From assembly GCF_006345805.1 (NCBI RefSeq), contig NC_042997.1:52824001-52888000 (forward strand): a DNA stretch of 64,000 bases. Reading direction: 5' to 3'. Position numbers and translations under genes: made by a program. Positions within the stretch are counted from its first letter, which is position 1. Every line of letters begins with the position of its first letter. The notes below the pieces were generated by a model, which saw nothing but the letters and a program-made list of their open reading frames with translations, did not search any database and had not been told where the DNA came from. The stretch comes from Octopus sinensis (Eukaryota). This document shows, piece by piece, positions 1 to 12,485 of the stretch.

Positions 1-829
1 TTCTATTATTTCTGCCATGAAAGGAAATCATTGGGCCAGTGGATTTCCAAGATACAGCCCCCCCCCCAGATCATCACAGATCCTCTTCCATGTTTAACAG
101 TTGGAAAAAGGCAGTCTGGGTCAAATGCTTCTTTTGGCTGTCTCCACACGTATACTCGGACAGTGGTCGGAAATAAAGTAAAGGATGACTTGTCCGAGAA
201 AATAACATTCTTCCACTGCTCTAGGGACTAATTCTGTAAGTTTTTACTCCACCCTAAACGCTTTGCAACGTTTGTTTTTGAAAGTAGTGTTTTCTGATTG
301 CAGCCCTCCCGGGAAATCCAGCTTTGTGCAGCTCCCGGCGAACAGTTTTTGTGGAAACTGGGTTCTCGAGGTGATCATTAAGCTCTGTAGTAATTCTGGG
401 AGCTGTACTTTTGTGAGACTTTCTAACAATTTGCGTAAGAGTCCAACGGTCCCAATATGAAAGTTTTGGTTTTCTTCCGGTGTTTTGCTTCGACGAGGAG
501 GTTTTCCCCTCTTTCTCAAAGGCTGTCATTACTCTCAAAGACACTACTTCTTGATACAGCAAACATTTCAGCTGTTTTCATTACGCTAGCGCCTGCCATA
601 CGAGCACCAAGAATTTGACATCTTCGAAAGTCCTATAGATCTGTCATTTTTAATGAATTTTAATTACCTTTTTCTAATGAAAAGAAACAGCAATTTTAGC
701 AAAACATATTAAGCAACACTAATAATAAATCATCAAACAAAAAATAAACAAGCTTTTGACGGATTTATAGATATTTCAAAATTATGATGCTATGATGCTA
801 GGTGTTTCCATTATTTTGTCCAAACCCTG
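1..829 (-). mobile_element. Tc1-family DNA transposon relic (left part; runs off the window edge), frameshifted transposase
   Basis: TIR CAGGGTTTGGACAAAATAATGGAAACAC on minus ends at 829 with flanking TA (830-831). ORF 254-562 has Tc1 HTH text (STKTVRRELHKAGF.GRAAIRK). Minus strand 1-240 reads WKNVIFSDKSSF...TVKHGGGSVMIWG (start of the DDE domain). Confidence 0.88.
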
Positions 830-976
<147 letters not shown>

Positions 977-1113
977 CACGTGATCACGTGACCAACCAGA
1001 CCATCAGATCTTTGTTACACATCGCTGGTCACAATGCGTTCGCATTGTTTTAGCCTTCGAATGACGCCACCCCGCTGGCTAAGTGAGCAGGCAATATGTA
1101 TGTATGTATGTGT

Positions 1114-1151
<38 letters not shown>

Positions 1152-1282
1152 CTAAACTCAACTTACGTTGAAAGTTAAAGTTTTCTGCAAAATATGGATC
1201 GTTGATCCTGTTCATGCTATATTATTAGCATTATCCTGCGTTTGAGTGCTCAATACTGCATTTGTGGATAAATAATTTCTCT

Positions 1283-1445
1283 ATTTGTGAAATAAGGCTA
1301 CCATTGGTTTCATGTTAAGGAGATTGATTTCCAAACTGGAGGCGAACATCTTTCTCCATGTGATCGGCTTGAAAAATTGTTAAGATACATGGATATTCTC
1401 CTACTCTTCTTAACATGAAACCAATGATACCCTTATTTTACAAAT
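1283..1445. repeat. Inverted repeat, 41-bp arms (1283-1323 / 1405-1445)
   Basis: atttgtgaaataaggctaccattggtttcatgttaaggaga is the reverse complement, with a few mismatches, of tcttcttaacatgaaaccaatgatacccttattttacaaat. Confidence 0.85.
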
Positions 1446-1454
1446 AAAGAATAT

Positions 1455-2000
1455 ATATATATCCCACATACCCCACCTCTACCTCACCGTCAGCCTAACC
1501 CACACCCCACTCTTGCTTTCCCTACTCTCGCCTCCCCAACATCCCAACACCATCACACCACACACCACTACACCATACACCACCATACCACACAATACCA
1601 CATCACATCACATCACACCACCACGCACACAGTAGTACTGACCATTTCCCAGCTCCACATCCACACACGCACACGTCAAAGTCACCAGCCCTCTTCCACA
1701 TGCACATACATGTTCTCTTATACACACGCACGCGCACCTTCGTTTTGGGATCACCACTACTTTATTATCTCTCCTTCTTCCTAGCTCTCCTGTGATGATA
1801 GATCGCTAGCCACTACACATTCTTTATTTTCTCTCCTTGTTTCTTTCTGCGTTCCTTTCTGTGGAAGAGCGTAGGCTCGAAACGTTAAAGATTTTTTCAC
1901 TTCCCGAGCGTTAAACTAATATATCTATTTATTGTCTACACCACGTGTCTTCGTCTTTTGTTTTTTGTTTTTGTTTTCTGCCCCTTTTGTTTTTGTTCAA
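1455..2000 (+). mobile_element. Penelope-like pseudo-LTR / 3' remnant (CA-rich tract followed by a hammerhead-like motif)
   Basis: cacaccacac low-complexity tract, then ...GAGCgtagGCTCGAAACGT... and a T-rich tail. This layout resembles PLE terminal repeats; the family assignment is inferred. Confidence 0.45.
1855..1890 (+). ncRNA. Minimal type-I hammerhead-like motif with variant core (CUGUGGA)
   Basis: CUUU-CUGUGGA-A-GAGC(GUAG)GCUC-GAAA-CG-UU^AAAG. Stems I and II are present and stem III is the palindrome ACGU, but A6 is U. Confidence 0.45.
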
Positions 2001-2175
2001 CTCCATGTATTTATTTATTCATCTATAACACACAAATTACTGCACATTAACCCGGAGTTTCTACCTTTGGATAGGTCGCTTCAACCGTGTTTCTGACGTG
2101 AATTTGCTACAGTGGTAACGGTTCATTGAATTTTCCATGTTAACGGTAAACATAGGATAATTCATTCACCTATTG

Positions 2176-2177
<2 letters not shown>

Positions 2178-2221
<44 letters not shown>

Positions 2222-2235
2222 TATATATATATAAT

Positions 2236-2329
<94 letters not shown>
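2178..2329. repeat. (TA)n microsatellite
   Basis: Direct. Confidence 0.95.
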
Positions 2330-2330
<1 letters not shown>

Positions 2331-2846
2331 TAGCAGTATCGCCCGGTGTTGCTCGGGTTTGTAAGGGAAATAACTATATAAGCATTTTTAGAGACTTACT
2401 TCACTTATAGATGCCAATTCGGGCTTTCTTAGCCATTTCTGTTTTGGTGTCTTCAAGCCATGAAGTCGTTGTTCTAAAAGAACGTTGGTCTCCTTGACAA
2501 CGCTTTACGACGTTGATTTCCTTACACTGCCTTCCCCACAGCTTCACGAGGGAGGGAAGAAGGGGGAGAAGCAAACACAGGTGCAGGTGTTTGAGCGTGG
2601 ACGCCAACTCCGCCGTCATCGACACACGAAAAATTATGCATTAAAATGGAATAAAAAATGATGTTAAATTATTTTTAAAATCGTAGACTCATCGTAGATG
2701 CGCGCTAATAGCCAGACGGGCTCGATATTAATCACGACTATAAGATACCCGAATTTGGTTAAACTGCACCGCAAAATGTGGGAGGAGTTAGGAATCTAAA
2801 TCGAAGGGGACAGACACTCACACAACTAGAGTTTTATATATATAGA
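2330..2846 (-). mobile_element. Non-autonomous Helitron (~517 bp)
   Basis: On minus: A|TCTATATATATAAAA 5' end, subterminal hairpin CCCG-AGCAACAC-CGGG (2342-2357), CTAG|T 3' end, no TSD. All canonical Helitron hallmarks. Confidence 0.82.
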
Positions 2847-2859
2847 TATAAACTTGACA

Positions 2860-3070
2860 GACTGTCCGTTACGACGGATGCGGATTGCATGTTGATCCGA
2901 TCAACGGAACAGCGTGCTCGTGAAATTTGCGTGCAAGTGGCTGAACATTCCACAAACACAGGTACCCTTAACGTAGTTTTCAGAATGTGACAAAGCTAGC
3001 CCTTTTAATTACACGCACAACTCATTCTTGCCAGCCGAGTCAACTTGAACATCGTGAAATAAAGAGTTTT
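2860..3070 (-). mobile_element. tRNA-SINE family C, 3' part (diverged)
   Basis: Reverse-complement similarity to 16360-16540 (gatccgatcaacggaacagc..gctcgtgaaatt). Confidence 0.6.
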
Positions 3071-3084
3071 CGTCAAGGACACAA

Positions 3085-3945
3085 TGCGCATAGCTCAGTT
3101 GTTAGATTCTAGGGGTTCACAATCATGAAGTAGTGGGTCCCGGACGCGAATTTTTTCCCACGAGAGTTCCGGACCCCAGTTATAAACTCATTTGCATACA
3201 GTCAATCAGAGCTCAACTATCAAACTAATTTGTGAGCGCATAACAAGTGATGGGCCATAAGATAAGGTCACTTGGGTTAGGAATGACCATGCTTCTTTTC
3301 TCTTTTAAGAATGCTTGTTGTTCTTGTTCTTGTTTCAACTATGGCTGCCTCTGCGTCGTTATTTGTGTTGTTGTTTACTTTGTAAAGCAGTAAGGGGAGA
3401 GGGTTGCTAGCATATCACCCTCTAGCCACATTTTTCCCATCCACATCTTTACCATATGGGGCTCAAACAAAATCCGATAATAGGTATAGATGCAAATCTA
3501 TCTAATTACTTGTCTCCTTCTAAAATCAGGCTTAACTTGACGATCGGTCGACTTACAACACCGTTCTTCGTCTTAAGCTTACTTGGTAGAGTGTGTTTAA
3601 TTTGACAAGGTCAAGGTCTGATTGGCTGTATGCAAATAAATTCATTACTAGGGTCCGGAATTCTGATGGGAAAAAATTTCGCGTCTCGGACCGGGCTGTG
3701 TGTTGTGTTCTTGAGCAAGACACTTTATTTCACATTACTCCAGTCCACTCAGCTGTAGAAGAGTTGCGACGTCACTGGTGCCATTGGATAACATCGGTGG
3801 CGTAGAGGGGGAGGCTGATATGCATGGGCGACTGCTGGTCTTCCATAAACAACCTTACCCGGACTTGTGCCTCCGAGGGTAACTTTCTAGGTGCAATCCT
3901 ATGGTCATTCATGACCGAAGGGGGTCTTTACTCTTTTATATATAA
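3085..3945 (+). mobile_element. CORE-type tRNA-SINE split by a MITE
   Basis: tRNA-like head (gcatagctcagttgttag) at ~3085-3135 resumes at 3693 with CORE-like tgtgttcttgagcaagacactttatttcac and a LINE-like tail. Confidence 0.55.
3136..3692. mobile_element. MITE with ~75-bp imperfect TIRs (3136-3210 / 3617-3692)
   Basis: ggtcccggacgcgaattttttcccacgagagttccggaccc...catttgcatacagtcaatcaga is mirrored by tctgattggctgtatgcaaat...gggtccggaattctgatgggaaaaaatttcgcgtctcggacc. No clear TSD. Confidence 0.72.
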
Positions 3946-4175
3946 GCCATAGTCGACAGAAAATGTGAAATTAGACCAGTTACAACTATGGAATCCAGCA
4001 GCCTACTATTCTGTATCACTAAATGTACGTAAACATCTCCCCCACTCCCCGTTTCTGTATGTATTTACCTATGTATGTCTTTGTCAGCAATTCCGGACAT
4101 GAGGTCGCAGATCTCCTGGTGGGGAACGACAAAATTAGGACTGTAAGTTCACGAACTGTTTTCAAATATATACAA

Positions 4176-4405
4176 TTCTTTATTACCCACAAGGGGCTAT
4201 ACATAGAGGGGACAAACAAGGACAGACTAAGGGACTAAATCGATTATATCGACCCCAGTACATAACTGGTACTTATTTAATCGACCCCGAAAGGATGAAA
4301 GGCAAAGTCGACATCGGCGGAATTTGAACTCAGAACGTAGCGGCAGACGAAATACTACTAAGCATTTCGCCCGGCGTGCTAACGTTTCTGCCAGCTCGCC
4401 GCCTT
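4176..4405 (-). mobile_element. tRNA-SINE family B (Meta-domain-like body) with Tx1-type tail
   Basis: Head ggcggcgagctggcagaaacg (A-box), gagttcaaattcc (B-box), body gactttgcctttcatcctttcggggtcga, tail tgtcccctctatgtatagccccttgtgggtaataaagaa. Confidence 0.85.
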
Positions 4406-4671
4406 TGTGTTCAAATATATAATCGCTGACTAACATATAACTGTTCAGTTACATAAATCTTTCAATTGACGGGGTTTAGTGAGCAGATAGATGTTTCAGA
4501 TATATGAGATCCGTGTGAAAATTCATTTGAATAAAAATGATTCCTAGTAAACTTTGACTGACACTGGTCTAGGTGGTTGCTGTAACTGCTAGAAATAGTA
4601 TCTAAATAGCCCCCAAATTACACCTTCCAGTTTTGGAATGGAGAAACACATTAGAAAAACCAATCCTGCAT

Positions 4672-5091
4672 AGGTGCAGGAGTGGCTGTGTGGTAAGTAG
4701 CTTGCTTACCAACCACATGGTTACGGGTTCAGTCCCATTGCGTGGCACCTTGGGCAAGTGTCTTCTACTATAGCCTCGGGCCGACCAAAGCCTTGTGAGT
4801 GGATTTGGTAGACGGAAACTGAAAGAAGCCCGTCGTATATATGTATATGTATATGTATATTATATGTATATGTGTGTGTGTTTGTCTGTCTCTCCCCTCA
4901 ACATCGCTTGACAACCGATGGTGGTGTGTTTACGTCCCCGTAACTTAACGGTTCGGCAAATGGGTCCGATAGAATAAGTACTAGGCTTACAAAGAATAAG
5001 TCGTGGGGTCGATTTGCTCGACTAAAGGCGGTGCTCCAGCATGGCCGCAGTCAAATGACTGAAACAAGTAAAAGAGTAAAAAGAGTAAAAG
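4672..5091 (+). mobile_element. Full-length tRNA-SINE family A (CORE-like body, internal microsatellite, CR1-type tail)
   Basis: A-box tggctgtgtgg, B-box ggttcagtcc, ccttgggcaagtgtcttct, tail ggcggtgctccagcatggccgcagtcaaatgactgaaacaagtaaaagag. Near-identical copy at 38051-38530. Confidence 0.9.
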
Positions 5092-6199
5092 TATACCTAA
5101 AAGAAAAACGAGATTGTAGTATCGGAATGCTTTTGTTCATACGTCTCCACGGTCAGGATTGTCTTGGGGTTAAATAGTAACATAACTTAAAACACTTTTT
5201 AGCGTAAGTAAACAGTCTATGGTGATCACAATTTGTTGCCATGGTGATGCTGACCTTATGCATCAGCAATTAGGTTAACTTCAGTGTATATTTACTCGGG
5301 TAGCTGTCCACACATACCACTCATTTACACAAACCTGCTACTGAACTTAGACATTAAACACACTGACTTTTAATAAAACCACATTTCTATAAAAGTAAAG
5401 CCGTTGTTGAATCTCCATATATGGTTGGAAAGCAAGAGATGTAAAGTAACATTTTAAATGACTATCAACGACAGAAGAAATAGAATAGAGACAAAATAAA
5501 GTAAACAGCATGGGCCAATGAGGGAGGACCTCTACGTTGTCGCTCGAACTGCTTGAAATAACAACCAAATTTTTTTCAAATCACACCTCACCGACTCAAA
5601 ATAGGATACACTGGACAATATCACCTTAGATATGCAATATGAACTTGTGGTCACGACTGATAATTTGTGTGTTCAATCCAGGCCTGATTTTTTAAAGAAT
5701 TCTTTTTTATAGTAAGCTAGTTACTACGATCAGAATGCAATGATGAATGTTGTACCTCTGTTGATGAAGGCTAAGAAAAGTAATGTTTGGAGTTATCTCC
5801 TTCACATGCTCTGTTCTGCCAGAGGACAATGCTGTTAGCTAGCACTTAATAAGCTTTCTTAATCCCTCTATTTAATACTAATGTGATTATTTGTGAAATT
5901 GTAAAACAAACTATGGAAATTATCTAATTCATTTGTTCATTACATGTGGTCAACTCTCGTTTATAATTAAATCATATATATTAATTGTAAATGAAAGGAA
6001 TAATCGATTGAATTTACTTTAAGTAGATTACTGGTACTATATATAAAAGGCAAATAACTCCCAATGTGATTTGAATTTGGAACATAAAGAGCATAACTAG
6101 ATACCGCGTAGACATTTTGTTCTGTACATTTCCGTTTCTACCATCCACTGCTTTATATAGAAAATAATCGGAAGCAAAAATGAATAAAAAGGTGATAAA

Positions 6200-6590
6200 T
6201 CAATAGTGATTGTCTTATAAAACTTAGATGTCTTATACTGCGGTAATGTAACATCGAGTTACACGACAGTTGAATATAACTTCGAACTCAATAAATCATG
6301 TTTCGTTAACTAAGTTGTAAATGAAAGGCAATATTATTGTTCAAATATATAGTGAGAATTGTATTAATAATGCAACAAAAAGTTGGTCGATTATAGAATC
6401 TGTCAGTGCTTACATCAGAAGCGCAAAGCGGTGCACCTGCTGTCTCGAAGGTAGATATAACGTTCTTTTGCAATTGTACAAGACTATACTAAAGTCAACT
6501 GTTTTATACGACTCTGCAAACATCTTTAATATGTAGTCAGAAAAATTGTCTTTTCTTCTTTTCGTAAACACTTTGTGCAGATGTTTCATT
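6200..6590 (+). pseudogene. Degenerate Penelope-like GIY-YIG endonuclease C-terminus
   Basis: ORF 6321-6536 contains WSIIESVSAYIRSAKRCTCCLE, matching the PLE pattern WSI...Y....KRC.LCL.E. Flanks are decayed. Confidence 0.5.
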
Positions 6591-8625
6591 GTAACAATCT
6601 GCGTAGGCTAGTAGTTGCCACTACTAAATTAATGCCAAATCAGGCAATCAAGACAAAAATATGTAACCTAAGAATTCCATTGCAACTTTCAAGATATTCC
6701 CCAGAATGACCAGTTATCTATTCTAACAGTTAATTAGTGTCGAACATGTTTAATACAGAACATTAAAAAACTGTAATTAGAAATACTAATGCCGTGAAAA
6801 GAGGAAAACATTAATGACTAAAGATTAATGATCAATGTTTAAAAACCATGAGCCTCGGAACAAATATTTTCTCCTCACTTCATTAGTATTTCTAATTAGA
6901 ATTTTTATGCACTTTATTAACTATGTTCATCCTAACTTAGTTTTTATGCAGATAATGCCTCTCATTAATTAACATCATTGTTTTGTTTATTCGAATATAA
7001 TTTAAAGTAATTTATTTATTCAAATTGTTTATTGGCTGTGCCTTTCTACTGCAAGGAGAAGAAACATTTTGTTAGGAGTTAATTCAGTAAATGGCGTGAA
7101 GAATATGTAATCTGTACACATTTATTTAATTCACTTTGCCTTTCTCATCTCTTTAATTCAATTAATTTAATTTTTATCAATCAAATGTTACCCCCCACCC
7201 CTCCAATTATTTATTCCAAAGAATAAGGACTGTAGCAATAACCTTTGATTGTCCTCGCAAACTTATGCGGTCCATGCAGCTCATGTTCTGCCCGAAATTT
7301 TACAGTTTGCTGGGCAAGCATACCACGGAGTAGAATTACAGAAAGTTGTTAGTTTGGGGGAAAACGATTACATAAACAGTTTCGTGTAGGATTTATGGTA
7401 ACGGTTGGAAAGCTTTTGATCAATCAGATCTCACTTAGGGTTAAACAACAACAAGAACAACAACGAAAAATACTGACTTATTCATAAAAAGAGCGCATAT
7501 TCTTTCATGTATAAGTATATAATACTGTTTTGGCTGTTTAGTCACAGAGTAGTACTTACTAAACAGACCTATATTCAAAAGTGGCACAACCATTATCATC
7601 CAGTTATTTTTTAGACTGTTTCTAGGATTACATTAACTGTTTCCTTTTAGAAGCATAACAGATATTTTTCTTTGCGATTATTTATAACTTAATTTAATCC
7701 CCAAATGAGTTTTTTAGTTTCTTGAATTAGTTTCTGGTACATTGCGTATTCTCGCTTTGCCTCATATTTTCTCTCCTCTTCCTCTTCGCCGTTTACCTCC
7801 CCTTGTTGATCTACGTTCTTGTTCACTTTCAACATTCTCAAATTTAAATATATCTTTAATATCTTTAAAGTGTTTCAGCTCTAAATCTGCGGTCATACTG
7901 GGGCACTACCGTTTTTTTTTTAATATTTTACCTCAGTTTTATCTATTCTCTATTCTCTAGACACAGCTGGCTCAGTAAAACAATATGGCGAAATTGATAT
8001 ATTATATATTCCTAACAACTGAACGTGCAACTTTAACATATCATATTTCGTCTGTTGTTAGCCTGATGGCCAGTTCCGATAATTCCTTCCACTAGTAGAA
8101 CAATGCCGAAGATGAATGAGGCAATTAGCATGGAAGGATAGGATTACATTTGCTCGTGTTTGCAAACGCACGACTATATTGTCTAAATTTATGAATAACG
8201 CATGCTATAATGCTAGCATCAGAAATGAGGAAGCCTATAAAGGGTCAATGAACTTGAATGAAATAGTAGGCAAATCTCCTACATATTTCACATCACCGAT
8301 TTTTGTTTTTAAACAAAGACGTTTTTGATAATGTAGCTCTAAGTCTACCATTTTCCCTTTTTATCACAGAGCTATTCGATCAGAGCAGACAGGAGGTGTT
8401 GACAATAACCACGACGGAGACGACGAAGGCGTCTAAGGCGACGTGGGCGACAACGACGTCGACGTCAACGATGACTGCTATTGCTTCTTCAGAATGAGAT
8501 ACTAGAAATCTGAAGGAAAGAGAATACAATTTACGAAGAAGTAACTTAAAGCATTCTCTTAAATCTAGTCTCATCCAGAACAACAATCGCATACTTATGT
8601 GGGCGAGTATTTACGTATGTCTGTA

Positions 8626-8626
<1 letters not shown>

Positions 8627-8705
<79 letters not shown>

Positions 8706-8724
8706 GTCTGTCTGTCTGTCTGTC

Positions 8725-8756
<32 letters not shown>

Positions 8757-8905
8757 CACTATCTATACAAACATACATACATGCATGCATGCACACATAC
8801 ATACCTATGTACATACATACATAAATACATGCACACATACATACACACATACATACATACATACATACATACATACATACATACATACATACATACATAC
8901 ATACG
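8627..8905. repeat. (TATC)n/(TGTC)n/(CATA)n tetranucleotide array
   Basis: Direct. Confidence 0.95.
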
Positions 8906-9606
8906 TATGAGTGTATGTCATTATTCAGTTTATTTCAAGATTTCTAACCAATAGAGAAAGAACCGGTTTCTAACCTAGATCCAAGGCTTCTTCATTGGAA
9001 TTTCAACATCAACAACAGGGTATTTTTGTATGTATGTATGTATGTATGTATGTATGTATGTATTCCTAGTTCACGATCAGTTACTTCAGTCAATTTTAGT
9101 CTAGGGATTGTAAAGAATTTAACTCGGATAGAGAAAATTGTGAAGAGGAGACTTCATGCAATACCTGATTTAGTGCCAGTCTATGCCCAATATGTTCTTT
9201 AGTGTTGCAATTCAATTGCAAACATTCTGGTCAGCTTTCCTGGTCTAAGGATAATTACCTTATATCAACGCGTTCTAGGCTTTGAAAAGAATCATAGGCG
9301 ATGCCTGACACACACGCACACTACCTGACACACACACACACACACACACACACGCAACGTCTGTGTGTGTGTATATGTATTTATGTATGCATGTACGTAT
9401 GTATACATCATATGTATGTAAGCACGTACACTGCAACGTTGTTGAGCACCGCCTATAATTATGTTAATCGATCAATTGATTCAATTGAGCTATATAGTCT
9501 AGTAATATATATATATATATATGCTATATATGTGGAAAATCGGTGTGTTTGTTTGTGCTGTTGCTAGCTAACTCCTCCTACATCGTTTTATTGATTTTGA
9601 TGAAAC

Positions 9607-10480
9607 TTGACACGTGAGTAGAACACATGTCTGGAAACCTCGTGTTATACTTAGATTGTTGAAAAAATCGATTATACGCCCCCTGGAAGGATCTTTATAT
9701 CTACCTCATATAACTAATGTTTTAAAAAAAAAACCAAGGGAAATAACCCATAGCACCTGCACAATATTTTTTAATACTAAAACTGCTAAACCTTATTATT
9801 GCACTTTCTTGATGCATGTACACTTTCAAGGCCCATAATTCCGATAATTCTGCATTTTTCCAGTTAAAATGTTTCGATGACAGTACATAAATTTTTGATT
9901 CCAGAACGTATTTAATAAGTTTGTCCCAATACAATGAACTCATACTTTGAATGTTTAAAATTCATTAAAAATGATACCAAACTTCCACACCACATTCAAT
10001 TGGGACACCCTGTATCACTTATATTTATTTTACAAATCATAATATTTATTGCTTATTTACAGTTCATACAACATTTTCATGAAACTAATTGAGCCATCGT
10101 ATTTAGAAATATTTTACAGGTTTCATTGTTTATGTTCGATTACTTTGAATATTGATTTTTTGTGTGTGTCCAATTTCTAATTTTTGCAGACGATATCACT
10201 TTTATGCTTTATTTGACACGTGAGTAGAACTCATGTCTGGAAACCTCATGCCATACTTGGATTGTTGAAAAAATAATAGATAATAGGGTCCCTCCAATGG
10301 ATCCTTCTATCTACTACATATTACTAATATTTTATTTAAGCAACCCAAGGGAAATAACCCATATCACCTGCAGGTTATAGCGAAGCGATCAATATTTGAT
10401 TCTCACAATCAGCCGACCTAATTCCGCATTTCACTACTCAGTTTTGAACTGCTAAACATTATTATTGCACTTCCTTGATT
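9607..10480. repeat. Diverged direct repeat (9607-9815 vs 10214-10480) flanking a Tc1/mariner-type TIR end
   Basis: ttgacacgtgagtagaac(a/t)catgtctggaaacctc...ccaagggaaataacccat...cacctgca occurs twice. gggacaccctg|TA at 10002-10014 is a CAGGGTGTCCCA-type terminus. Confidence 0.75.
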
Positions 10481-10501
10481 TCAATCTTAAACCTTAATGG
10501 C

Positions 10502-10504
<3 letters not shown>

Positions 10505-10553
<49 letters not shown>

Positions 10554-10626
10554 ATTATATATATACATATATATACATATATATATATATAATATACATA
10601 TATATATATACATATATATAATATAC

Positions 10627-10661
<35 letters not shown>

Positions 10662-10775
10662 ATATATATATATATACATATATATACATATATATATATA
10701 TACATACATATATATATATACATATATATATATACATATATATATACATATATATATATATACATAAATACATAC
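10505..10775. repeat. (TA)n-rich microsatellite
   Basis: Direct. Confidence 0.95.
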
Positions 10776-10989
10776 ATGCATTCATACATGGTAGAAGCCA
10801 TAGCCACTCAATAAAAATGAGTACTGGTGGAATGTCCTAGTGAGGACCCCAATAAAATGTAAGCACAACAGACATGATATAATGATTTGGGATAGAAAAG
10901 AGAAACTGTGTACAGTTGTGGAAATGGCTGCCTAGCGGATGTTAACATAAAGCTGAAGATCAGTGAAGAAGAGAATATCTACGCTGAAC

Positions 10990-11280
10990 TTCTGGTGAAG
11001 GAGGAATTATGACATTGATACTCTCTTTTGGGCCTTCTGTCTTGATATTTGTTCATCTAGGACCCTGGATAGCTGGAGGTCAATTTGTTTCTTGAAAACA
11101 TCTACCTCCACTTCATGAAGATCCTTCAGATGTTTTGTTATGGCGTTAAACAGCTGCGGGCCCTTGAATCCCAAGCAGTACATGAGTTCTATATACATAT
11201 ATGCACCTTTATACATACATATATATGGAGATAAGTTCGGACAATTGTCGTGTTGATAAAGGGTACTGAAACAGAAACAC
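10990..11280 (-). mobile_element. CR1-like LINE ORF2 3' fragment
   Basis: CLGFKGPQLFNAITKHLKDLHEVEVDVFKKQIDLQLSRVLDEQ, homologous to 62886-63119. Confidence 0.8.
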
Positions 11281-11760
11281 GTGTCCACAATTGTCCTTTT
11301 ACCTCTGTGTCCCTTTTGGAGATTTAAAAAAAATTCTGGAGTATATCTTCCTTTCTCAAGTGGAGCTGGTCTTCAATTTCCATTTGATAATTATGAGACA
11401 TATATCCGATCATTCGTCTGTATATATGTGATAAGATTTATAAAGTACATGCACAAGCACGACACGAGACAGAAATAATGTAGAATTGATTGCTTTCGAG
11501 AATTAAGCCTTGTATCTGTTAAATACCTTTCGACTGCAATAACCGTTACTCCCATGTTTCCGTCATCCCTTACAATCGAACTTAGAACAAGGAAACATAA
11601 CACTGGATCGCTTACCGTTGTTTAACTCCATTTTTATGGCGAACACTTTGTTGCGGCATGTCTACATATACATATTTATATATACATCTACATATACACA
11701 TCCATATGTCTATAAACACATACACACGTGCGCGTAAACGTATATAAGGATATCTGTCAG

Positions 11761-12101
11761 CTTTTACTTGTTTCAGTCATTAGACTGTGGCTATGCTGGG
11801 GCAGAAGAATTTTCAGTGGAACGAAGCGGTCTCGGTAGTTATTTTGTTTTTTTTTAAAAGCCGGGTACTTAATCTATCGCTCCCTTTTGTCGAACCGGCG
11901 TAAATATACCAACACCAGTGAGGGACACACACACACACACACTATGGGATTATTTCGGTTTCCATCTACCAAATCCACTAACAAGGCTTTGGTCGGCCCG
12001 AGACTGTTGTAGAAGGCACTCGCCTAAGGTGTCACGCAGTGGGACTGAACCCGGAACCATTTGATTGGGAGCCAATCTTTTTACCACACAGCCACATCTG
12101 C
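11761..12101 (-). mobile_element. tRNA-SINE family A (diverged)
   Basis: Reverse complement of family A head (accacacagccac), body and tail (ttttacttgtttcagtcat). Confidence 0.85.
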
Positions 12102-12453
12102 ATACGTGTGTATATATTTATGTATATACTCATACCTGCAGTTGTTTAGCTTGTATTTGCATACGTGTACAGCTTAATTCTGTGATATGTATCAACAGAA
12201 ACACGTTTGCGTATCTATACATCTCTCTCTCTCTCTCTCTTTCTTTCTCTTTCTCTTTCTCTCCCTCTCTCTTTCTCTCTGTATATTTTTTGAAACAATA
12301 TGTATGAGTATTCACATAATCATATCCATACGAACTGACATTCACACACATACATGTGCGTCGCAAACACGCACACACATACACAAGCACAAACAAAAAC
12401 ACACAGACACACGCACACACGCATGCGCATATATACACACACATACACGCGGG

Positions 12454-12485
<32 letters not shown>

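Noticed and set aside
8380-8510. CpG/Arg-rich stretch resembling a protamine (RRRRRRRLRRRGRQRRRRQR on plus), with a good acceptor-like tract on minus
   Set aside because: Bounded by in-frame stops with no ATG or acceptor for the Arg frame; all three frames after the minus acceptor hit stops. Best explained as a degenerate (GAC)n repeat.
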